Shown: piece after piece, positions 47,588-55,478 of the stretch | Position numbering within the stretch: the first letter of the stretch is position 1 | Layout: each line of letters opens with the position of its first letter | Source of the DNA: Minisyncoccota bacterium | GTDB taxonomy: Bacteria > Patescibacteriota > Minisyncoccia > Minisyncoccales > Minisyncoccaceae | Assembly: GCA_028704295.1 (NCBI GenBank) | Contig: JAQVLF010000001.1 | Span: forward strand, 2,537 to 66,536 | Direction of reading: 5' to 3' | DNA length: 64,000 bases | Program-made: the position numbers and the translations under genes | Notes under the pieces: model-generated | What the model was told of the DNA's origin: nothing | Database searches by the model: none | What the model saw: the letters and a program-made list of their open reading frames with translations, nothing else

Positions 47588-48796
47588 TTACCGGGCACAC
47601 CGAAACCCAACGTTGTAGTTCCGATTCTCGGGCGAAGTGTCCAGAATCAAAGCAAACACCCCGGCGTAGGAAGTGTAGTCCCAATACCCGCCGCGTCGAA
47701 ACGCGTGAGTTGGAGAACAGTCTGTTCCTGTGCTAGAACAATACGCATTATTATTATCAGTATAAATTTGTCCAACTCTATTTACAGATGTTAAAGCTCT
47801 ATTTGCTGGTCCAACTTCCGAATAGGGCAGATTGCTTGTATAGTTTATCGCATTAAATTCTCTCCAAGTACTCGAATAATTAGGAAGCTCACTTGTTTGC
47901 TTTGTCTCATCTACCCACTCCCACATATTTCCTGACAAATCCCATATTTCTTCTCCATTTGAAAGAATTAATTTAGCTTTTTCATTTCTTGATGTTCCAT
48001 AATCTGGATCTAAGGCTGAGTTATATGCTCCCGAAGTATCCTCTCCTGTATTCCCTGTCTTAAGATAGCCAACCCCTTTTCCACCTATCCAATTTGAATC
48101 CACATCTGCTATATCCCTTGCAAGCGCCATCCATTCCGCGTTAGTCATTAGATGAGCTCCTATGTTTTGACAAGCTTCTTTTGCTTCATCTTGAGTTACA
48201 TATCTCCATGGAATTCCATCTGCTTGAGAAACAGCCGTATGAGAAGATGTCGAACATCCTGTGGCTGGACAAGTGATTATGCTTGAACCGCTTTTGGCTT
48301 TTGCTTCATACTGCATTATGCACCTATTTCCAAAAGGTATCCAGCCTGATTCGCAAGATGTTTTAATGTCTTGTGTCTTCATATACCTTGATTCTTGGAT
48401 TAGATAACCTTTGTTTCCAGGGGCAGGTGTTCTTATGGAATAGTTTTGTCCATCCGAAAAGTATAGGAGACAATTGTTTGTTCCTGTTATTGTTTGATTT
48501 CCTGCTGTTAATCCATCATAGCTTGGATTAGATGGTACTGTTTGTAATCCATAATATGAGAGAAAGTTTGAATTGTTATTATTATCTTCTAAACAGAGAT
48601 TGCCTTGATGGTAGGTTCCATAAGTTTCTAAGGCAGTGCCTAGGCTGGATAATTGTGCAACCATCTTAGTGTTTTGGGATGTTGCTACAAAAGAAGAAAC
48701 TCCTATTGTGATTAAGCCTGCTATAACTCCGATGATGACAATTACTACAAGAAGCTCGATCAAGGTGAAGGATTCATTTTTTTTATAATTTGACAT
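47588..48796 (-). CDS. DGR target: type IV pilin-like N-terminus fused to an FGE-sulfatase / C-type-lectin-fold domain
   Basis: The N-terminus ESFTLIELLVVIVIIGVIAG is the prepilin cleavage/methylation motif. LSGNMWEWV and the C-terminus RGGYW...GFRCAR are hallmarks of the FGE/CLec fold used by DGR variable proteins. Confidence 0.85.
   Translation of the reverse strand: MSNYKKNESFTLIELLVVIVIIGVIAGLITIGVSSFVATSQNTKMVAQLSSLGTALETYGTYHQGNLCLEDNNNNSNFLSYYGLQTVPSNPSYDGLTAGNQTITGTNNCLLYFSDGQNYSIRTPAPGNKGYLIQESRYMKTQDIKTSCESGWIPFGNRCIMQYEAKAKSGSSIITCPATGCSTSSHTAVSQADGIPWRYVTQDEAKEACQNIGAHLMTNAEWMALARDIADVDSNWIGGKGVGYLKTGNTGEDTSGAYNSALDPDYGTSRNEKAKLILSNGEEIWDLSGNMWEWVDETKQTSELPNYSSTWREFNAINYTSNLPYSEVGPANRALTSVNRVGQIYTDNNNAYCSSTGTDCSPTHAFRRGGYWDYTSYAGVFALILDTSPENRNYNVGFRCAR
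47589..47704 (-). repeat. DGR variable repeat (VR) at the 3' end of the target gene
   Basis: It differs from the TR at 9 positions that are all A in the TR on the coding strand (plus-strand coordinates 47611, 47617, 47637, 47641, 47646, 47668, 47677, 47680, 47686), plus one non-A difference at 47697. Confidence 0.9.
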
Positions 48797-48863
48797 AAGT
48801 ATAGATTAGTTTTAGTTTATTATTTACCGTTATTATATCAGAAATGTAAAATTGTGCAAACTA

Positions 48864-50183
48864 TTATAATTCGTAACTATTTTTCATTTGAGGAACAACA
48901 ACATCTTTAATATCTTTTTCTAATTTCTTTTTTAAAGCTAATGATTCTTCCTCATCCCCATGATTAATAAAAACTTTTTGAGGATTCATTTTTAAAACCC
49001 ATTCTGTTAATTTTAATGAATCCGCATGAGAAGAAAAAGAATCAATTTTCTTAACTTTAGCCTTAATAATAATTTCCTTGTCGTTAATAAATATTCTCTC
49101 CCTATTTTCTAATTTTTTGCCCAAGGTTCCTTCTGCTTGATAAGAATTTAATAAAATGACGTTGTTTCTGTCTTTCCCGAAGCGAGCAATGTATGAAGGC
49201 ATTCTTCCGCCAGAACACATGCCCGATCCAGCAATAATTATTTTAGCTCCATGATTTTTTAAAATCTCCTTTGAATCTTTTATCTTTTTAGTTTTTTTAA
49301 ATCCTTTAAAGTCAAAAATATTATCTCCTGAATTAATCAATGTGATAGCTTCGTTATCAAAAATGTTTTTGTAATTTTCATAAATTTCTGTTGCCTTTAT
49401 GGCAAGAGGACTGTCTAAAAAAATATTAATAAATGGAATTTCTTTATTCTCTACAAACTTATTTATTTCAAACAATATTTCTTGTGTCCGCTCTATACTA
49501 AAGCTAGGAATTAGAAGAACTGAATCTTTTTGAATAACTTCCTTAATAGTATTTAAAAGCTCTAGAACTCCCTTTTCCCTTTTTTCATGTATTTTTCCTC
49601 CATAAGTAGATTCAGTAAAAACAATGTCTCCAGAATCTATAAATTCCGTATCTCTAACAATAGGCGCATTATGGTTTCCGAGGTCTCCAGAAAAAACTAG
49701 TTTCTTTCCCTCTAAAAAAACTTCAAAAATTGTAGAGCCTAAGATATGTCCAGCATCTTTTAGTTTAATCTTGATGTTCTTAAAAGCAATTTCGTCTTCA
49801 TAATTAAAACATTGAAATAGCTCCATTGTTTTTAAAACGTCAGCAAAATTAAAAAGAGGAATCCTTAAGTCCTTTTCAAAAATATTAGCAGAGTCCTTTA
49901 AAATAATCTCTGTTAGATCTCGTGTTGCTTTTGTACTATAGATTTTTCCGTTAAATCCGTTCTTTAAAAGCTTGGGAAGCCTTCCTGAATGATCCAAATG
50001 CGCATGAGTCAATAATACAAAATCAATTTCTTTTGGATCAAATCCAAAGTCTTCTAGATTTTTTTCATACGAATTCAACCCTTGAAACATTCCTGAATCT
50101 ATTAAAAACTTTGCTTCTTGAGACTCTATTAATATGCAGGAGCCCGTGACTTCTCTTGCTGCTCCATAAAAAGATACTTTCAT
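48864..50183 (-). CDS. MBL-fold beta-CASP family ribonuclease/hydrolase
   Basis: GAAREVTGSC, LLTHAHLDHSG, and later beta-CASP blocks (ESTYG, the SSHAD region). Confidence 0.8.
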   Translation of the reverse strand: MKVSFYGAAREVTGSCILIESQEAKFLIDSGMFQGLNSYEKNLEDFGFDPKEIDFVLLTHAHLDHSGRLPKLLKNGFNGKIYSTKATRDLTEIILKDSANIFEKDLRIPLFNFADVLKTMELFQCFNYEDEIAFKNIKIKLKDAGHILGSTIFEVFLEGKKLVFSGDLGNHNAPIVRDTEFIDSGDIVFTESTYGGKIHEKREKGVLELLNTIKEVIQKDSVLLIPSFSIERTQEILFEINKFVENKEIPFINIFLDSPLAIKATEIYENYKNIFDNEAITLINSGDNIFDFKGFKKTKKIKDSKEILKNHGAKIIIAGSGMCSGGRMPSYIARFGKDRNNVILLNSYQAEGTLGKKLENRERIFINDKEIIIKAKVKKIDSFSSHADSLKLTEWVLKMNPQKVFINHGDEEESLALKKKLEKDIKDVVVPQMKNSYEL

Positions 50184-50189
50184 GAATAG

Positions 50190-50217
50190 ATTATACCATT
50201 TGACAAAACAATTGCAA
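50190..50217 (-). promoter_or_regulatory. sigma70-like promoter abutting the ATG (candidate leaderless mRNA)
   Basis: On the minus strand: TTGCAA (50217..50212), a 16-nt spacer ending in TGG, TATAAT (50195..50190), then only 6 nt (CTATTC) before the ATG at 50183. There is no Shine-Dalgarno sequence. Confidence 0.4.
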
Positions 50218-50376
50218 TCAATAGTCTTACAACATTAATAAGATCTGTCGTAAAAAAGTAAGTACTTGAAAAAAGTCAGATTTTTGCAGTTCGTTATCCT
50301 GAATTAACCTTGAGTAAATTAATCTCATTATATTCTTTCTAAAGCATTGTCAAACTTTTCAGATTCAAAATCTAAA

Positions 50377-50649
50377 TTAAAAAATTTCCGAATGTGAACC
50401 GATTCTTAAAAGTAATATAATAGACTCTTCTTTTTTAATTTTATAAATTAAAAGTACATCTGGCTTTATATGACATTCGAAACATCCCTTAAATTCTCCT
50501 GATAAGCTATGATTAGAATTTTTAAAGGGCAATCGTCCTCCATCAGTTAAAATATTCAAAATTGTCTCTAACTCTTTAATAATATTACTATTATATTCGT
50601 AATGCTTTAAGTTTTTTTTGAATTTATTAGAATATTTTATTTTAAGCAT
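50377..50649 (-). CDS. yafQ: type II toxin, YafQ/RelE family mRNA interferase
   Basis: HSLSGEFKGCFECHIKPDVLLIY matches the YafQ H.L.G....ECHI.PD.LLIY signature. Confidence 0.8.
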   Translation of the reverse strand: MLKIKYSNKFKKNLKHYEYNSNIIKELETILNILTDGGRLPFKNSNHSLSGEFKGCFECHIKPDVLLIYKIKKEESIILLLRIGSHSEIF

Positions 50650-50650
50650 G

Positions 50651-50932
50651 TCAGTCTTTTAAAACATCACGAATAAGGTCTGCTCCATTTGTAAAAGATT
50701 TTTCGCTATTTTCTGCCTCTATAATTGCTTCACGTAAAATTTCGGCATTGCGTAAAGTCATACCATTACTGTCTCTTAATTCACAAGGAAAACTTTTTGT
50801 ATTTATTACTTGTCTAAAAAAGATTTTAATAGCGGAACTCATATCCATTCCCAAATTCTCTAAAATTTTCTTTGCTTCTTTTTTTGTTTTAGAATCTATA
50901 CGAATTTGAATTTGTGTATTTTTATTAGTCAT
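50651..50932 (-). CDS. dinJ: type II antitoxin, DinJ/RelB family
   Basis: From the internal Met: MTNKNTQIQIRIDSKTKKEAKKILENLGMDMSSAIKIF is the ribbon-helix-helix DinJ pattern. There is a 1-nt gap to the toxin gene. Confidence 0.7.
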   Translation of the reverse strand: MTNKNTQIQIRIDSKTKKEAKKILENLGMDMSSAIKIFFRQVINTKSFPCELRDSNGMTLRNAEILREAIIEAENSEKSFTNGADLIRDVLKD

Positions 50933-51054
50933 ATTTATATTGTATTGAATTTGTATGCATTTGTCAATATATTTTCTTTTACTACTTATTTTGATGAAAT
51001 CCATAATCACGTAAGTATTGTCAAACAATGATTTAAAAGATATTATATTTATAT

Positions 51055-51873
51055 ATGAAACTATTTATCTTGCCTTTTGACCATAGGACATCTTTTTTAA
51101 AAATATTAGAAAAGAAAAGCAAAAAGAAAGTTGAAGAATTAAAACAAATAATTTTTGATGGCTTTCTTGATGTTTATAATAATTACAAAAAGAAAAATGA
51201 GCTTGCTATTTTAGTTGATGAAAAATACGGAAGCAAAATAATAGCATATGCTAAGGAACACAATATTTCTTTATGCCTTCCAATTGAAAAAAGCGGGAAA
51301 GAAATTTTGGAATTGGAATATAAAGATTTAGATGAAGTTAAAAAAATTAACCCAGACTATGTTAAAGTTCTTTTGCGATACAATCCCTTTAATATCAAAA
51401 TAAACAAGAGGCAGATTAAAGTCTTAAAGAGAATCAATGATTTTATAACTAAAAATAACTATAAATTAATTTTAGAATTATTAGTTCCAATGGCTAAAGA
51501 AGATATTAAATTGACTAAGGATTATGATAAATATTTAAGGCTTTATAGGACTCTTCAAGCCATCGAAGAAATTCAAGAAAATATAAAAGTAGATGTATGG
51601 AAGCTTGAAGGATTCAATAAAAAAGAATGGAAGGAAATTATAAAAATAACAGAATCTAAAATAATTTTCTTAGGAAGAGGAGAATCAAAAGAAAAGGTAA
51701 AAAAATGGCTTAAAGCAGCCAAGCAAGAAAAGAATATTATAGGATTTGCAATAGGAAGAACAATATTTATGGATTCTATTAAAAAATATAATGAAGGATT
51801 AATTTCCAAAGAAAAAGCAAAAAAAGAAATTTCTAAAAACTTTAAGTATTTTATTGATCTTTGGAATAAATAA
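51055..51873 (+). CDS. DUF2090-type aldolase-like TIM-barrel protein
   Basis: LPFDHRTSF, VKVLLRYNP, DVWKLEG and IGFAIGRTIF match my recollection of the DUF2090 (IolC-associated) pattern. Confidence 0.5.
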   Translation: MKLFILPFDHRTSFLKILEKKSKKKVEELKQIIFDGFLDVYNNYKKKNELAILVDEKYGSKIIAYAKEHNISLCLPIEKSGKEILELEYKDLDEVKKINPDYVKVLLRYNPFNIKINKRQIKVLKRINDFITKNNYKLILELLVPMAKEDIKLTKDYDKYLRLYRTLQAIEEIQENIKVDVWKLEGFNKKEWKEIIKITESKIIFLGRGESKEKVKKWLKAAKQEKNIIGFAIGRTIFMDSIKKYNEGLISKEKAKKEISKNFKYFIDLWNK

Positions 51874-52843
51874 TTATTTCTCCATTTTCAATTTCTTCTT
51901 TTAATTCAGGCATAGATATTGAAAATAAAAAATTTAAAACCTCTCTATTATCTTGAAGCACTTCAGGCTGAGCTTTGTTTTCTTCAATTATAGAAATACT
52001 ATAAATTTGTTTTTTATCATATAAATCTAAATTAATCATTAAGCCTTGCTGAGTTTCTTTTGAAAAATATTGGTCGAATATAAAATTGCCTAAAGAATAA
52101 AAAATTAGTTTATTCTTATACTTCTCAATATTTTGAATAACGTGTGGATGCCCTCCAATAATTAAATCTGCTCCTGAATCAATCATTAGATGAGCTAAAT
52201 TAATTTGATTCTCTCTAGCCTCGTGAACATATTCTTCTCCCCAGTGAATTAAAACTATTAAAAATTTATCATTATTATCTTCTTTAATCTTTTTAATATT
52301 TAAAGCAATTTCCTCATTAGTACAATTAAAATCAAATGTCTTATTAACAGCGTAAAAAATAATATTGTCTTTAGCAGCAATGTCATCAATCGAACAATAG
52401 GTTGGATCTCCAACATAATCAATATTGTTTAAAGATAAAAAGCTTTTAGTCTCCTCTAAGCCTTTACGTTCCATATTCATTGTATGGTTGTTGGCAAGAG
52501 ACAAAACATTAAAATTATTGTTTTTCAAAACCTCTGCAATTCTTTTATCAAAAGAAAAAATCATTGAATGATCCGAAATATATTTAGTTTGATTAACGAT
52601 CGGGCCTTCTAGATTTCCAACAACAATATCCCCTTCCAAATTTATTTTCTTAAATGGATAATCGAAATCATTTTTGAATAATAAATATTCAACACCTCTA
52701 TCAAACATCATATCTCCTACAAACAAAATTTTAAGAGGCTTTTCTTCCTCAATTGTATATTCAATAGGAACTTCAAAGGTAAGTGCATTTGCCAAAAATA
52801 AAAAAGCAATAATTATTGAAAAAAACATTATTTTTTTAAACAT
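51851..52843 (-). CDS. CapA-family (PGA_cap) metallophosphatase-like protein
   Basis: ILFVGDMMFDRGV, GNLEGP, LANNH, HWGEEY and GGHPHV. Confidence 0.8.
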   Translation of the reverse strand: MFKKIMFFSIIIAFLFLANALTFEVPIEYTIEEEKPLKILFVGDMMFDRGVEYLLFKNDFDYPFKKINLEGDIVVGNLEGPIVNQTKYISDHSMIFSFDKRIAEVLKNNNFNVLSLANNHTMNMERKGLEETKSFLSLNNIDYVGDPTYCSIDDIAAKDNIIFYAVNKTFDFNCTNEEIALNIKKIKEDNNDKFLIVLIHWGEEYVHEARENQINLAHLMIDSGADLIIGGHPHVIQNIEKYKNKLIFYSLGNFIFDQYFSKETQQGLMINLDLYDKKQIYSISIIEENKAQPEVLQDNREVLNFLFSISMPELKEEIENGEIIIYSKDQ

Positions 52844-53370
52844 ATCTTTCCTCTTAATATTTCGAGTTCATTTTTGTTTTTTATATTAACTAAAATGGAA
52901 GGTTCACTTAAACATTCTTTCGAGTCGATATAAAAATCAATTTCTTCTCCAAAGTATTTTTTTGCCTCATCAATATTTTTAGCAGGCTCATCTCCTTCTT
53001 TATTAACTGATGTTGCAACAATTGGGCCAACCTCTTTAATCAAATCCACTAATTCTTTTTTATCTGGAACTCTAAAAGCAATTGAATTTAAGCCTCTGTG
53101 TAGATGAGGAAATTCATTGCATGGAAGTATGACGCTTGTCTTGCCTGGCCAAAATTCTTTTAAAATATCAAAATACTCAATATCTATTTTAAAAATACTT
53201 TTCAAATCTTCTATTGATGATATAAGCACGATAAATGGTTTTTGAGGATTTCTATTCTTTATTTTATAAATCCTTTGAACCACATTTTCATCAAGCGCTA
53301 ATCCCACAATACCATAAATGGTATCGGTTAAGATTACTCCTATTTTTTTATTTAATAATTCTTTTTTCAT
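52828..53370 (-). CDS. tsaC: L-threonylcarbamoyladenylate synthase (TsaC/YrdC)
   Basis: LTDTIYGIVGLA, KNRNPQKPFIVL and SIAFRVP. Confidence 0.82.
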   Translation of the reverse strand: MKKELLNKKIGVILTDTIYGIVGLALDENVVQRIYKIKNRNPQKPFIVLISSIEDLKSIFKIDIEYFDILKEFWPGKTSVILPCNEFPHLHRGLNSIAFRVPDKKELVDLIKEVGPIVATSVNKEGDEPAKNIDEAKKYFGEEIDFYIDSKECLSEPSILVNIKNKNELEILRGKICLKK

Positions 53371-53731
53371 TATGTAAAATAATAGCAAAAAAACATTGTT
53401 TGATCAAACTAAAAAAACAAAATCTTTTAAAAGCAATAAAAAACTAAAAATAATGTTCAAAAGAAAATTTCTTTTACGAATATATCAAATATTATAAACG
53501 ATCTTTCAAAAACATTAAAAAATGATTATTCTAACAAAAAAATAAAGGAATCCATGAAGGCGTAAAAAGACTTCGAAAGTTTATCTCATCCATATATATT
53601 CTCCAATTGTCACTCTAAATATTTTTGGTAAATGTTTGTGAATATGGTAATACCTTTTGTATATCACAAGAAAATCATGAAAAATCTTTGGATGTGGAAA
53701 TTTTGACATTTTTTTAAATTAAAAAGTGTGC

Positions 53732-54406
53732 CTAGCGAACGCAACGAAACCAACTAAATGTATTATGGTCGAGTTGGTTGCCGTGAAAGTAGATGGAGCT
53801 GTTAACCTCCTGCCTAGAAAAACTGTTGCAAGATGCGCCATTTAGTACAGTAATACTCCATTGACTTCCTCCAGGAGTACTTGTAAACTCCCATCTAGCA
53901 TCTAAAGAATTATTAAATGATGTCATTCCATTGCCATTTGGTCCGCCTAAAGCTGTGCAAGCAGCTTGAATTTCCTCTGTTGTTGGAATTCTTGCTCCAA
54001 TATCTGCGCATTGTCTTAATGCTTGAGCATATGGCCATTCACCTGTGTCAAATCCTCCAGCAAATCTTGGATAAGCATCAATGTGAAGAGTTTTGCCATT
54101 ATAAACAAACTCCAACCCCCCGCCCTCTTTGCATAAATTAGCATAGTTATCAGGGCATGAATAGCCTGTTCCAGTTTGTGCGAGTAATTCACTTGAATCA
54201 TAATTATCCAATAAATCAGCATTTAGATTCTTTATTTTCCCTTTATCTTTATGCACTTCTTGCTCAACTGAAGAAGTATTTAAAGGAGCTGTGTATTCGC
54301 TTGGCATTGAACCAGATGGCTCAGACCAAGAAAATGCTGAATAAGATATTCCAATAGCAAATATTGCTACTAAAAACATAACAAGTATTTTATTTTTTTT
54401 ATCCAT
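53732..54406 (-). CDS. secreted DUF1566/C-type-lectin-fold-like protein
   Basis: A signal/TM anchor, then CADIGARIPTTEEIQAAC, with the C-terminus FSWFRCVR typical of DUF1566/CLec-fold proteins. Confidence 0.55.
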   Translation of the reverse strand: MDKKNKILVMFLVAIFAIGISYSAFSWSEPSGSMPSEYTAPLNTSSVEQEVHKDKGKIKNLNADLLDNYDSSELLAQTGTGYSCPDNYANLCKEGGGLEFVYNGKTLHIDAYPRFAGGFDTGEWPYAQALRQCADIGARIPTTEEIQAACTALGGPNGNGMTSFNNSLDARWEFTSTPGGSQWSITVLNGASCNSFSRQEVNSSIYFHGNQLDHNTFSWFRCVR

Positions 54407-54411
54407 GTTTT

Positions 54412-54993
54412 TTATTTATTAATTATTACTCTTCCTACTATTTGTTGGTTTGAAATAAAGCTAAATTTCCTTGAATCAAAGGTCGATGGATCTGTATTAT
54501 CTCCTAAAACCAAATAACTATTTTTTGAAATTACATTATCTTCTAATGGTATTGATAACATTTTTTGCTGAGGTTGATTAATTCTATGCTTTTCACCGAG
54601 AGAATTTACTGCAAACTCTCCATTGATTTTAATAAACCCATCCTCAAACTCTAAAGTATCTCCTTCCATAGCCATTACTTTCTTAATGTAGTCTCCTTCC
54701 CTTGTCTTGAAATTAAAAATTATTATGTCTCCTTTCTTAATTTCATTACAATCATAGTAATTTTCGTAAGTTGTCACTGTTTCTCCATTTTTGATAAACG
54801 GAGACATTGAAGTGCCATCAACTGTTCTTGTTTTCTTTTCAAAACAAGACTTATCAATTATTACATTACCACTGTCTTGTTTTAAAAAAGCAAAGTGTAT
54901 AAAAAAAGCAATTGCAATAATTGCTAAAAACATGAGAATAAGCTTTCTTTTGCTAATATTGTCTTGGTTTTCCTTTATTTCTACCGGTGGCAT
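54412..54993 (-). CDS. lepB: signal peptidase I
   Basis: DGTSMSPFI carries the catalytic Ser, KKVMAMEGD is the Lys box, and GDNTDPSTFDSRKF is the GDN..S.DSR box. Confidence 0.88.
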   Translation of the reverse strand: MPPVEIKENQDNISKRKLILMFLAIIAIAFFIHFAFLKQDSGNVIIDKSCFEKKTRTVDGTSMSPFIKNGETVTTYENYYDCNEIKKGDIIIFNFKTREGDYIKKVMAMEGDTLEFEDGFIKINGEFAVNSLGEKHRINQPQQKMLSIPLEDNVISKNSYLVLGDNTDPSTFDSRKFSFISNQQIVGRVIINK

Positions 54994-55193
54994 ATTTTAC
55001 TCAAATTCTTAAACAATTAAAATATACCATATATATATATAACGCAAGTCAACACGCACACATGCAACAACGTACATAGCCTATGATATTATGCAATTGT
55101 AAAAGCAAAATACATTTTGGAGCCGATTTTAAATTTATTTAAACATTATTGCTGGCTTTATTAAATCCAAAAATGAATTCATCTTGCTAGATT

Positions 55194-55460
55194 TTACTTT
55201 GAGCATCCTCCGCAGCCTCCGCAAGATCCTGAGCATCCTTTTGGAGGATTCTTAAAAATCTCTTTAAGCTCATCTTCACTTAAGACAGATCCTGAATAAG
55301 CAATTATATTATTTACTACAACTAAAGGAAGATCATAAAAATCTGTTTCTTCAAAGACAAATTCAACTTCAATGTCTTTAAAATCTAGAGAAGCATTTTG
55401 AGCTTTTTTAAAAAGCTCCTCAGATTCTTTACTATTATTTCCTACAATTAATATTTTCAT
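55194..55460 (-). CDS. small thioredoxin-fold-like protein that lacks the N-terminal CxxC and carries a Cys/Gly-rich C-terminal tail
   Basis: MKILIVGNNSK... follows the layout of MTH895-type glutaredoxin-like proteins, but NNSK sits where GCxxC normally lies. The tail is GCSGSCGGCGGCSK. Confidence 0.45.
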   Translation of the reverse strand: MKILIVGNNSKESEELFKKAQNASLDFKDIEVEFVFEETDFYDLPLVVVNNIIAYSGSVLSEDELKEIFKNPPKGCSGSCGGCGGCSK

Positions 55461-55478
55461 ACTTTTAATATACTAAAA

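Larger units (their letters stand above)
45804..48796 (-). mobile_element. diversity-generating retroelement (DGR) cassette: target(VR)-Avd-TR-RT
   Basis: See the component features for evidence. All four parts are collinear on the minus strand within 3 kb. Confidence 0.9.

Noticed and set aside
47564-47794. Track ORF 47564..47794 (+)
   Set aside because: It is antisense to the 3' end (VR) of the DGR target gene. It is a GC-driven shadow ORF.
53732-53860. The 3' end of the DUF1566-like gene as a second VR for the TR at 46999..47114
   Set aside because: By-eye alignment shows only a 7-nt coincidence (cgaaacc) and no extended identity, so it is not a target of this TR.
55029-55075. An (AT)6 microsatellite and a CA-rich stretch upstream of lepB
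   Set aside because: It is short and lies in a promoter-like AT-rich spacer. I see no evidence of function beyond possible promoter-spacing effects.
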